A DNA stretch of 64,000 nt. Origin: Okamejei kenojei (lineage: Eukaryota). The position numbers and the translations under genes were made by a program. Position 1 is the first letter of the stretch, and each line of letters begins with the position of its first letter. A model generated the notes under the pieces. It did no database searches and was not told the DNA's origin. It saw nothing but the letters and a program-made list of their open reading frames with translations. Shown in pieces: positions 12,626 through 24,760 of the stretch. The stretch covers positions 7,874,001-7,938,000 of the forward strand of contig CM069148.1 of assembly GCA_035221665.1 (NCBI GenBank), written 5' to 3'.

Positions 12626-13107
12626 CTCTGAAAAAAATAATTGCCCCTAGTGTGTAGGGAGTGGATGCGAAAGTGGAATAACAGAGAACTGGAGCAAATC
12701 GTAACATAAACATCCACGTAGGGGAAAGGAAAAGGGAGTAGAGGGAAGTGATGCCGTTGCAGGGAGATGGTTCTGGTCACTTCACTAAAAACAAAAATAC
12801 AGATCATAACAAGGAACTGCAGATGCTGCTTTATACCAAAGATAGGCACAAATACTGGAGCAACTCTGGCTCGGGCAGCATCTCTGGAGAACATGTCTGG
12901 ATCCTCCTGATGATACTAACAATAATTCTACTAATAGTCGGGCAGAATCTGCATTTGTACAGTTTTGTGCAGTTTTATTCCTCCACCTCAGAGGTTGCCT
13001 GACCCGAGTATTTCCAGCATTCCTCTTTTGTCTCAGCATCTGTGGTTTTCCGTTTTCTTTTCCCATTCTAAGTGGCCAGTGAGTAGAACGGGTGTTACCA
13101 TAACCAA

Positions 13108-13390
13108 TGGTAGAGTTGCTGCTTCACAGCGCCAGAGACCCTGGTTCGAACCTGACCACGAGTGCTTGCCTGTAAGAAGATTGTATGTTCTCCCTGTGAC
13201 CTGCGTGGGTTTTCTCCGGGTGCCCCGGTTTCCTCCCACATTCCAAAGACGTGCATGTTTGTAGGTTAATTGGCGTCTGTGAGTTGTAATTTGTCCCTAG
13301 TGTTGTGGGATGGTGCTGGCATGCGGGGTGATTGCTGGTTGGCGTGGACTTTGGGCCGAGGGGGCCTTGTTTCCACGCTGTATGTCTAAA
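13108..13390 (+). mobile_element. HE1-type SINE
   Basis: Family consensus match. Confidence 0.82.
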
Positions 13391-14475
13391 GAGTGCCTTG
13401 CAGCTCAAAACACCATTGTGTCTTATTACCTCAGCAAGAGCATTAATTAACGAGGAGTAATTGTTTCTCATTGAGCATGTGGGAATTGACCAGGGACACC
13501 ATTTTCCACCAGTATACAATAACTCCTTTGGAGGACTTGCTTGTTTGCTCAGCTGCTAAATGGAGACCAGCCAGTTGGGCTGGTGTCATCATTACCTGCC
13601 GGTTGTTTGCCTCATTCGCTTTCTGGTAAATACACTCCAGTGGGTTAGGAGGTACCATGAGATTGTCTCAATGATGCTGGGTCAGACTCAGTTTTGATTG
13701 AGCCCAGCTAATGAGTCTCTGAAGGTGGACCCATTAAGATATGATGCCTGCAATCCAAGGTGATGCTTTCAATCGGGGATTTCTCAAAGCGGTCATTAAT
13801 GAGATAAGTGTCGAAGCGTTTGTCGTCGTCAGCTGGACTCTAACAGCTTGTATTCATTTTCCAGGCATACTGTGATTGGTACAGGTGTCAGGGGTTATGG
13901 GGAGAAGGCAGGAGAATGGGCTTAGGAGGGAGAGATAGATCAGTCATGATTGAATGGCAGAATAGGCTTGATGGGCCGAATGGCCTAATTCTGCTCCTAT
14001 CGCTTATGACCGTGTGACACTTTATTTACTTGTGGACAAGGAGAGCAACACACAACCAGTTACTATACTGTTCTGAAAACCCACTCACAGCTGTCAGCTT
14101 TCATACAGATTTTGACCCTTGATATTGTCCGCACTTTCTAGTTTCTTGTCATCCATCGCAGTTTCCTCCACCACTCTGCAGCTCCACCAGAACATATATG
14201 AAGAAGGGACCAAAACCCAAAATGTCGCCTACCCATGTAATCCAGAGATGCTGCCTGACCCGCTGAGTCACTCCAGTCTAGTTTTTAGTTTAGAGATACA
14301 TCGCGAAAACAGGCCCTTCGGCCCACCGAGTCCACACTGACCAGCGATCCCCGCGCACCAGCACTGTCCTACACAATTTACAATTTTTCCAAAGCCAAAT
14401 TAACCTACAAACCTGTATGCCTTTTGAATGTGGGAAGAAACCGGAGCACCTGGAGAACCCACGTGGTCACTGGGG

Positions 14476-15303
14476 AATAATAATAATAATACGTTTTGTT
14501 TAATGGCGCCTTCCAAGACACTCAAGGTCACCTTGCATGACATAATATCAGTAACAGACATACAATAAGCAACAAAACACAGCACAACGGGTTAAGATTG
14601 ATGTAAAATAAGATGCAGTTGTTGCAGTTAAAAAGATGGGTTTTAAGAGCGGTTTTGAATTCTGTCATGGAGTCCAGTACGTGGATGTGAGGGGGTTCGG
14701 GTGCAGCGCGGGAGAAGGCCCTGGCACCCATTGTGCTGAGGCTGATGGGTGAAAGTGCCAGTAGACCTGCGGATGAAGGCCGCATGGAGCGGGAGGGGGT
14801 GTAAGTCTGAAGGAGGTTTGTGAGATGAACTGGGGAAAGGTTACGAAGCGCTTTAAATGTTAATAATGCAATTTTAAAGTTAATCCTTTGGGATGCAGGG
14901 AGCCAGTCAGCAGGGGTGTGACATGATCAGTGGACTTGTGATAGATAATCCGTGCTGCAGAGTTCTGGATGAGCTGAGGTCGACGAATGAGTTTGTTGGG
15001 GATGGCATAGCAGTAGTCGATGCGTTGACTCGAACCTCCGTGGAGTGTTGTGTTAAAGCGGGGCGTAGTCTGGAGATGTTTCGTAGATGGGAAAAGTCAA
15101 TCCAAGAGACATTGTTTGTATGACTGGAGAAAGAAGGGGTACTGTCCAATATAACACCAAGGCTCTTAACCTGTGTGGAGACTGGTATGACGGATTCAGC
15201 GATGGGGAGTGAACAGATATTGGTTTTTGAGAGTGTAGATTTAGAGCCGCTGAGGAGTAGCTCAGTTTTACTGCTGTCGAGCTTTAGGTATTTGTCATCC
15301 ATA
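14476..15303 (-). mobile_element. L2-clade LINE 3' fragment inserted within an HE1 SINE
   Basis: ORF 14907..15302 LKLDSSKTE...LGVILDS...HLRNISRLRP and downstream FKTALKTHLF; 3' stem-loop and (ATT)n tail; SINE halves at 14278-14475 and 15365-15465. Confidence 0.85.
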
Positions 15304-17213
15304 TCTGTATCTCATGGTGACGGGCAGTGAGAGTGCTGGCGGGGAGAGTAGAAGTGCCACGCCTGTGTACAAACTCCATACAGACAGCACCCATTGTCAG
15401 AATCAAACCTGGGTCTCTGGAGCTGTGAGGCAGCAACTCTACTGCTCTACCACTGTGCTGCCCTGTCCGGTAAAGAGCTGCCCTGTCCGGTGAAGCTTCC
15501 TCATGAGGGGCAGTGAATGGTGCTCCTGGCCTCTCGTGGTACCCTGCCACATGACACGTGCAAAGGGGTGGGACAGATACAACTTGGTAACGTGCTGCTG
15601 TCTATCCATGTACACATTGGGCTCCACTGGTGGAGATGTGAACCACCTGGTGGGCCCTAAGCAGCCCTGACAGTCAAAACTGAAGCTCGGACAGACCGAA
15701 AAGTAACTCGGTGGGTCAGGCGGCATCTCTGGATAGAAGGAATAAGTGAAGTTTGGGGTTGAGATCCTTCTTCAGTCTGCTAGTCGGACACAGACCCAGT
15801 CTATGGGAAGGGTCTCGACCTGAAAGGTCACCCATTCCTTCTATGCAAAGATGCTGCCTGTCCCGCTGAGTTACTCCAGCATCTTGTGTCTATCTTCGGT
15901 GTAAATTGCATCTGCAATTTCTTCCTACGCATTGAAACTCTCTCACACTGGAATGCCCTGCTAGCTTTGCCCTGTGACCTTAGTACAAAGCTCTTGACTT
16001 TTGCTCTACCAACTATTCAAGGGCTATTCGTGTGGGAGCCAACTTGCAAGCACTGAAGTGCTCTCTTTCAATAAAGAGAAAGATGACTTTGGATGAAAAC
16101 AATGGGAATATTTTGCAGAGACCCGGAACTGCAGATGCTGGTTTAGAAAAGATACAATGCTGTGGAATAACTCTGGTCAGGTAGCATGAACACAAAATGC
16201 TGGAGTATCTCAGCGGGTCAGGGAGCATCTCTGGAGAAAAAGCATAGGTGATGATTCGGGTCATGTGCCTTTTTCAGGGGTCATGATGAATGACGTTTCA
16301 GGTCGGGGCCCTCCTTCAGACTGATTGCCGGGGAGTGGCAAGAAAGCTGGATGAGGGGAGTAGCAGGTTGAAGATTAACACGGGCAAGGAGGGTTTTATG
16401 AAAGGCAGATGGTTCGGATGAAGGCCAGAAGCAATATTTTGGATTGGGGTTGAAGATAATTTGTGACTTGCAGTAATTCACCTCTTCCACTCTTTCCATC
16501 CTGCGTAGAGTTGTTCATTTCTAGCCTCTTAGACATGACTAACTTCATTCTTCTATCAGTTTCTTAGTTTGAGATTAAAAAAAATAAGACACACAAAGGG
16601 TGATGGGTGTATGGAGCGAACTGCCGGAGGAGGGATTTGAGGCGTGTGCTATCATCGCATTTAAACAGTTGGACAGGTACATGGATAGGAGCGGTTTAGA
16701 GGCATATGGACCAACGCTGGCAGGTGGGACTAGTGTAGATGGGACATGTTGACCGGTGTGGGCAAGTTGGTCTATAATGGCCTGTTTCCACTCTGCAATA
16801 CTCTCTGACTATAAAAAGTCTGGATGCAACAACTGGATTTGATTAGAAAGCCTTGGCTTACTCAAACAAAGACTCTTGTGACAAGCTAAATAGTCGGTTG
16901 GTATTTGATGACCATTTCCAAATGGAGTTGTATTTTTGGCTTTTTGTTGTTCAGAGCAGTGACCAAGGAAGCTTTTGTCCTGAGCCATTTTCCTGATTAA
17001 TTTGTAGCAATGATTTCCCCGATATCCAGAGAAATGCATGCATATTGTTAATTAAAATAATCATTGTGGACAATAGGTGCAGGAGGAGGCCATTCGGCCC
17101 TTCGAGCCAGCACCACCATTCAATATGATCATAGCTGATCATCCCCAATCAGTACCACGTTACTGTCTTCTCCCCATATCCCCTGACTCTGCTTTCTTTA
17201 AGAGCCCTATCTA

Positions 17214-17232
17214 TCTCTCTCTCTCTCGAAAA

Positions 17233-17307
<75 letters not shown>
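17214..17307. repeat. Compound (CT)n/(CA)n microsatellite inside a CR1 3' fragment
   Basis: Directly visible. Confidence 0.95.
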
Positions 17308-17308
<1 letters not shown>

Positions 17309-17679
17309 CCAGAGAACCGGCCTCCACCGCCCTCTGAGTCAGAGAATTCTACAGACTCACAACTCTCTGTATGAGAATTTGTTTCCTCGTCTCCGTTCTA
17401 AATGGCTTACCCCTTGTTCTTAAACTGCTTCCTGGTTCTGGATTCCCCCAACATCGGGAACATATTTCCTGCCTCTAGCGTGTCCAATGGTTGCATTGTG
17501 TTTTACAGTATGCCACCAGGAAAGTTGTAATTATGATTTGCCAATTTAACTCTCCCCATGAATAGTGCTGAAGGTTACATGACTTTCCATCTGTGGTAAA
17601 TAGATTTTGTATTTTCACTACTCACACTTTTCATGTAAGGTAGCCCCTCACTGGGCAACGTGGTATTAGACTCCCTCGA

Positions 17680-17707
17680 CTGAAGAAGGGTCCCGACCCG
17701 AAACGTC
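17680..17707 (+). ncRNA. Minimal hammerhead ribozyme core (putative), sense to ANO1 pre-mRNA
   Basis: CTGAAGA-A-GGGT(CCCG)ACCC-GAAACGTC; all core nucleotides intact, only the loop differs. Confidence 0.6.
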
Positions 17708-17730
17708 ACCCATCCTTTTTCTCCAGAGAA

Positions 17731-18054
17731 GGGTGGCACGTTGGTGCAGCAGTGGAGTTGCTGCCTTGCAGCGTCAGTGGCCCGAGTTCAATCCTGACTA
17801 CAGGTGCAATCTGTATGTCGTTTGTACGTTCTCCCCGTGACCTGCGTGGGTTTTCTCCGGGTGCTCTGGTTTCCTCCCAAATTCCAAAGACGTGCAAGTT
17901 TGTAGGTTAATCGGCTTTGGTAAGTTGTAAGATTGTCCCTTATGTGTGTGTAGGACAGTGTTAGTGTACGAGGATTGCTGGGCGGTGTGGGCCCTTATGT
18001 ACCTTGTGGGCTGAAGGGCTTGTTTCTGTGCTGTATCTCCAAACTAAACTAAAC
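17731..18054 (+). mobile_element. HE1-type SINE
   Basis: Head, V-domain and (CTAAA)n tail. Confidence 0.85.
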
Positions 18055-21000
18055 CTTTAAGAGCCCTATCTAGCTCTTTCTTGAAATTATCCAGAGAACC
18101 GGCCTCCACCGCCCTCTGAGGCAGAGAATTCCACAGACTCACAACTCTCGGTCTCGGTGGGCCGAAGGACCGGTTTCTCTAAACTCCAAAACATTTACTG
18201 TATAAATCCTGCCCTGGTTTAACTTCCCAAATTGAAACACGCCATAATTGGCCGAGTTAAATTCCATCTGCCGTTCCTTTACCAATTTCTCAGTTGACCA
18301 TGGTCATGTTGCAATCATAAATAACTCGAGCGGCCTTGCCACGTAAGTCATGTGATGGCAAGGAACGGTCAGAAACTGGACAATTTGAGGTGAATGATTT
18401 ATGAATTTGCAATTTAATATGATCATGGCTGATCATCCAGAATCAGTACCCCACTCCTGCTTTCTCCCCATATCCCTTGATTCCGTTGGCCTTAAGAGCA
18501 ATATCTAACTCTCTCTCGAATGCATCCAGTGAATTGGCCTCCACTGCCTACTGTGGCAGAGAATTCCACAGATTCACAACTCTCTGTGTGAAAAAGTGTT
18601 TCCTCATCTCCGTTCTAAATGGCTTGCCCCTTATTCTTAAACTTTTGCCCCTGGTTCTGGACTCCCCCAACATCGGGAAGATGTTTCCTACCTCTAGTGT
18701 GTCCAAACCCTTAATAATCTTATGTTTGCCCTCTCATCCTTCTAAACTCCAGAGTATGCAAGCCTTTAACTTTGACCTTTTTAAACTCCATTCAGATCTG
18801 TCCGTTCTCCTCCTTGCCTTGCTCTAAACGTTATTCCCTTATCATGTCCACTGTAAACGGCTCGTTGATCATGTATTGTCTTTCCACTGAATGGATCGCA
18901 CGCGACAAAAGCGTTCCACTGTAAATTGAACTGAAGTCAATTGTTTTTAGTACACAAAAGTGCTGGAGAAACTCAGCGGGTGCAGCAGCATCTATGGAGC
19001 GAAGGAAATGGGCAACGTTTCGTGCCGAAATCCTTCTGCTTCTGATTGAATAGATCTTGCTCTTATCCTGACGACAGTTTGAAACTCGATGCCTAATTAA
19101 GCGTTCGGACATAATTTCTCTGCCTTGCACACTTCTACAATGTACGTGTCCTGAAGATGCTCCCTGCTCCCTCAAGGCAGTTCCTTCTCAATTACATTTC
19201 TCCTCCATGTAAATTTCCTTGCCCTTCTTGCAAAGGCAACATATATCTCAGTCACCCTAGGGCCCACTCAGTTCCTGGCAAAGAGAGGCAGGCGTGCACT
19301 TAATGCAGAGCTTCACATGGCCTCTGCTCAGTGGGGCATCTCAGAAGTGCCGTCTCTGAAATGTAGCGATCGTTTAGAGCGCAGCACGCTCCTATAAACA
19401 GCAATATGTCGCGATCAAATTATCTCTGGTGTTGATAGAAGGATAAACGATGGCCTGAGTAACGCAATATCCTTTCTGCTCTCCAAAGCAATGCCTTCTC
19501 TTAACTCACGGCTTGTATGTTAAGGTTCATTTGAAAGCCAGCGCTGTGCTCCTTTGTCATTGGAGTCTCAAATTTGTTGTTTTGTTTTTTGGTGAGCTCT
19601 AATCCCTGGAGTAAGGCTTGATTTGACCCAGTGGGGTGAGACTCGAACAAGCGTACTTCTGATTCAGCTGCTAACTGACCCATCCCTGACCCGGAGGCAA
19701 AGTCGTCAACTGTCCGTTTTCTCTTCTCTCCCGCCCCCTTCCCCCGCAAATATTAGTCCATTTTCCCAGCAGTTTTGTCAATGGCCTTGGATTGAAATGT
19801 TTCTCCGTGTGAGGGGAGGGTAGATAGATGCAAAAAGCTGGAGTAACTCGGTGGGACAGGCAGCATCTCTGGGGAGAAGGAATGGGTGATGTTTCGGGTC
19901 AAGACCCTTCTTCAGACTGATAGTCGGGGGAAACTGAAACGAGAGCTGTAGAACTTTATTTTTGAGATTGCTTGAAAGGTCATCCATGTTTCTGTGTCTT
20001 TTCACAGCCAGAACGTGAAAGACAGCAAATGTTGTTCCCATATTGGGTGCGGGGGAATAAAATGAGCTGGATGGGTTTTTGTGGCATTTCACGTCACCAT
20101 TACTGATGCAAGTGTTTTATCCCCACTTTAATCATTTAACTGGATTTAACTCTCGCAACTGGAGGAGGTGAGATTTGAGCTTGTTTAACGGGTTCATCGA
20201 TGGTAAGGAGGCACGAGCACTGCAGATGCTGCAAGGATACGAAGTGCTGGAGCAACTCAGCAGGTCAAGCAGCTTCTGTGGAGAACATGGGTTGGTCAAG
20301 ACCCTTTTGTCAGACCTGAAACGTCACCTAACCATGTTCTCCAGGGATGTGGCCTGACCTGCTGAGTTACTCCAGCACTTTGTGGCCTTATGTCTTAACC
20401 AGCATCTGCAGTTTTTTTTAAATTTGTTTCTGCAGATGCAAGAATCGGGAGAATAATTCCACGGCAACTCAATGGGTTGAGCAACATCTGTGGAGGGGAA
20501 AAGAATTGTCGATGTTTTGGGTTGAGGTCCTGCATCAATTATTGGTGAATCCGCAAAGTTTTACAAGGTCCTTTTAAAGAAGGAGTCAGCTGTGCTTGCC
20601 TGATCTGGTCTTTGTGACTTCAGCCCAACATTGGGGTTGAGTCTTGTCTGCTCTGTGTGTGTGTGTGTGTGTGTGCGCAGATATTCCAGCAATGTATCAA
20701 GCCAGCACAGGCTTAGATGGAAAGGCCTTGTGACACTTGTGGCCTTATAAAGCCTCTGGTGTATTCATAAGACCATAACTGATGGGAGCAGAATTAGGCC
20801 ATTTGGCCCATCGAGTCTATTCTGCCATTCATTCATGGCTGATCTATCTCTCCTTCCAAACCCCATTCTCCTGCCTTCTCCCCATAACCTCTGATACCTG
20901 CACTAATCTCCTGTACTATATCTGCCTTTAAAATATCCAAAGAATTCCACAGATTCACCACCCTCTGACTAAAATTGCTCCTCATCTCCTTCCTAAAAGA

Positions 21001-22188
21001 AGTCCTTTAATTTTGAGGATATGACTTCTAGTCCTAGACTCTCCCACTTCTCGCATCCACTCTATCCACGCCCTTCATTATTCTGTATGTTTCAATTGGG
21101 TCCCTCCTCATTCTTCTAAACTCCACCGGGTACAGGCCCAGTGCCGTCAAATGCTTGGGCGTTTGAGTCTTTTTTTTTTTTTAATGGTTTACTAATCTAA
21201 CCTTAAAGTTCAAATCCAGTTGTCAAGGGAGAAACTTGGCAAGAACTGAATGCTAACCCATGTTTTGGAAGGCATGCTTTCTAGAGAAGGTCACAAAGTG
21301 CTGGAGTAACTCACCGGGCCAGGAAGCATCTCTGGAGCACATGGATAGGTGATGTTTCAGGTTGGGGACATTCTTCGGCAATTCAACATGTCTTCCAGAG
21401 ATGCTGCCTGTCCTACCGAGTTATACAAACACTTTTTTTTAAATAATCAATCACCTGCAGTTCCTCGTGTCAACATTTCACTGCTCCACTGTGTAATCTC
21501 ATCAACGTATGCCCACTTTGAAGATGTTCTCCTCCTCTCTCCAAGAGGAGTTCCCTGCAACTCTCCCTTACTCTTCCTCCTCTGTGGTTCTTGCTGTTCT
21601 TCAACCATGCTCTGACTGAGTCCGAAGAAGGGTTCCGACCCAAAACGTCACACATCCACGTGTCCTCCAGAGACGCAGCCTCATCTACTGAGTTACACCA
21701 GCACTGTCGTTTTTATGTAAACCAGCATCTGCAGTTCCTTGTGTTTGCCAGACAATCTTGCATCAACAGGAGAGGCCCAGTGGAAACTTCTGCTGATAAC
21801 TATGCGTGCATTGATCACCAACCTATTTAGACACGAACTGCTGGAGTAACTCAGCAGGTCAGGCAGCATCTATGGATCCTTCTGAAGAATCCCAACCTGA
21901 AACGTCACCTATCCACATCCTCCAGAGATGCTGCCTGGCCCGCTGAGTTACTCCAGCACTTTGTCCTTTTGTGTAAACCAGCATCTGCAGTTCCTGGTGT
22001 CGACATTTTTTTACGATGTTGCCTGGAGTTGATAGCGGACCATTTTATTCAAAAAGCATCTTTGGTTTCTGGTGGAGTTGTACCCTGATTTCTTGATGTA
22101 ACGAGTAATCGAACTTTTCCCCAACAGTACAATTGCCGTGGCTGCGGTTTGACTGTAATGCATTAAGCCTGCTCTTTTTCTCTCCTAG

Positions 22189-22240
22189 GTCTATGAAATT
22201 TTAAAAAGAACAACCTGCACCAAAGCCAAATACAGCATGG
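22189..22240 (+). CDS. ANO1: Anoctamin-1 exon (~6), VYEILKRTTCTKAKYSM(G)
   Basis: ttttctctcctAG acceptor, GTAAAG donor at 22241; 52 nt; peptide as recalled for mammalian ANO1; phase fits neighbours. Confidence 0.96.
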
Positions 22241-22454
22241 GTAAAGCAGCTTTGATTCCAAACCATTGTTGTAAGATGCATGCCCGTAAACATTAATATT
22301 AAAAATGCCAAAGTAAACTACGTTATGAAATCTCTGCTTGCCGCATCCATTGTGAAGGCGGTACAAGCGGATGCTAATTAATTTGCAGTTGGTTCAGCAA
22401 TTTTCCCCCTGTGTTTGTGATATTATACACTGGAATGATTAGGGTCGTTGCCTA

Positions 22455-22752
22455 GATAGAGTTGCTGCCTCACAGTGCCAAATACCCAGGTTCGATTCCG
22501 ACTACAGGTGTTCTCTCTGCGGAGTTTGTATGTTCCCCCTGTGACCTGCGTGGTTTTCTCCGGGTGCTCCGGCTTCCTCCCAAATCCCAAAGACGTGCAG
22601 GTTTAAGTTAGTTGGCCTCTATAAATTGCCTGTGGTGTGTAGGACGCGAAGGTGGGATAAGATAGAACGAGTGTGACCGGGTGATTTGGGGTCGCCATGG
22701 ACTCGGTGAGCCAAGGGACCCGTTTCCACGCTGTATCTCTAAAGTAAGCTAA
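22455..22752 (+). mobile_element. HE1-type SINE in the short intron between ANO1 exons ~6 and ~7
   Basis: Family consensus match. Confidence 0.82.
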
Positions 22753-23145
22753 ACACAATTAGTCTCAATGAGTTAGAGTCATGCAGTGTGGAAACAGGCC
22801 CTTTGGCCCACATTGACCAACATGTCCCATCTACGCTAGTCCCACCTGTCTGCATTTGGCTCGAATCCCTCCAAACCTGCACCTATCTATGTACTTGTCT
22901 AATTGCTTCTTAAAATTTGCGATAGTCCCTGCCTCAACTACCTTCTCTGGCATCTTGATCCATACGCTTTATATACCCGGTCTATAGTTAAAAAGTTAAA
23001 TGGCGCGTCCAATGTTTCTTAAGCGATTGATCCCTTTGCATGCAAGGAATAACTTTTGTTTGAATTTGAAGCGCTTTCTTTTATTAGATTTGTAGCTTTG
23101 TTCTTGCGTTCTGCAATGTTTAAACTAGCTTTTGTTTTGACACAG

Positions 23146-23201
23146 GAATCACCAGTCTTCTTGCCAGTGGCGTTTACATGGCGGCCTATCCTTTACACGA
23201 C
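23146..23201 (+). CDS. ANO1: Anoctamin-1 exon (~7), (G)ITSLLASGVYMAAYPLHD
   Basis: tttgacacAG acceptor, GTAAGT donor at 23202; 56 nt; conserved anoctamin AYPLHD motif. Confidence 0.96.
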
Positions 23202-23268
23202 GTAAGTTCTTCCCTTCAGCCATCGGGCTTTTAGACTCTACAAAGCTCTGAACTGCGTAGATTATTGC

Positions 23269-23413
23269 NNNNNNNNNNNNNNNNNNNNNNNNNNNNNNNN
23301 NNNNNNNNNNNNNNNNNNNNNNNNNNNNNNNNNNNNNNNNNNNNNNNNNNNNNNNNNNNNNNNNNNNNNNNNNNNNNNNNNNNNNNNNNNNNNNNNNNNN
23401 NNNNNNNNNNNNN
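23269..23413. other. Assembly gap (145 N)
   Basis: N run. Confidence 1.
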
Positions 23414-24279
23414 ATAAGTACATGTACATCTTTGTGAGTTTGTATATGTATATACACACACTGCTTTTTTCTTGTTTATTATATTGTCTACAGTGTACTA
23501 TTCTGTTGCAAGTAAGAATCTTATTGTTCTATCTGGGACGTGACAGTAAAATACTCTTGACTCTAACGCCAATAAAGGATGTAAAAGGCAAATCAAATAT
23601 CTCACATACTTTTAGATACATTGAGTACGTTTTTAATGAGGAGAGATGTTTCACCCATCTCCGCTGTAGCATAAATGTGCAGGGGAACAGGCAAATGGGG
23701 TTGTGCCAGTGTTTGGTAGTGGTGTCTTTTATTAGATTGAGTTTGGAGTAAGTGGAAATTCAATGTACAAGCAGCAATTCCAAAATGTTCTTAATGTAAG
23801 GAATTTTGAAAACTAACTATATGGGTTCTTAAGTTCCAGGGACAGATTTAGGTGATTCAGCCCGTCCAGTCTACTCCACCATTCAATCATGGCTGATCTA
23901 TCTCTCCTACCTAACCCCATTCTCCTGCCTTCTCCCCATAACCTCTGACACCTGCACTAATCAAGAATCTGTCAATCTCTGCCTTAAAATTACCTACTGG
24001 GCCATGGGCCAAAATACCTCGTTCTATGAAGTTAAGGAATATACGGAGCTACATAGCAGTCACCAACTTCTGCTGCAATATAGACAAAATTATACTACAA
24101 ACAGGGCCCAGGTCTGTGGCAAAATGAGTCTGCCTACATTATAATTTCCGAGTTTTATCATAATACACATCTAGCAATTTACAATTAAGTTGGTTCAAGA
24201 ACAATGCACAGTCATCTGCATTGTTGTACGTTAAACCTTCATCCGTTGGACAGGGCAAATTTAGAAACTTAAGACTTGT

Positions 24280-24615
24280 AGGGCGGCAGGGAGGTGCAGC
24301 AGTAGAGTTCCGTACAGCACCAGAGACATGGGTTTGATCCTGAAACTGCGTGTGCTGTCTGTACGCAGTCCTCCCTGGCACTGCGTGGGTTTTCTCCAGG
24401 TGCTCCTGTATCTCTTCTCTCCCCCCCCCCCCCTCCCCCCCCCCCCCCCCACACCCACACCCACACCCCAAAGGCATACAGGTTTGTACATTAATTGGCT
24501 TTAAGTTGTAACATAATCCCCCGTGTGTAGGATAGTGTTAGTGTACGGGGTGATCGCTGGTCAGCGTAGGCCTGGTGGGCCAAAGGGCCTGTTTCACTAC
24601 TGTATCTCTAAAGTC
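24280..24615 (+). mobile_element. HE1-type SINE with internal poly-C expansion
   Basis: Family match; C-run at 24421-24450. Confidence 0.78.
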
Positions 24616-24718
24616 AAAAGTCGGAAGACCTTTTAATGTTTCAAATGTTGTGTAGAATGGAGGTGGACAGCCAATGCAAACTCTTCTAGCTCACACAATC
24701 TACTTGAACTTTTCACAG

Positions 24719-24760
24719 GGTCATTACAGAGGGGAAGCAACAGAACCAAACGACAGAAAG
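24719..24760 (+). CDS. ANO1: Anoctamin-1 exon (~8), GHYRGEATEPNDRK
   Basis: cttttcacAG acceptor, GTAAGT donor at 24761; 42 nt, phase 0-0; aligns to GDYNGENVEFNDRK. Confidence 0.92.

Noticed and set aside
22241-22270. Alternative donor GTAAGA at 22271 giving a 30-nt extension (possible segment-b substitute)
   Set aside because: Splicing to 23146 creates T|GA, a stop codon, and the exonic donor context (TT) is weak
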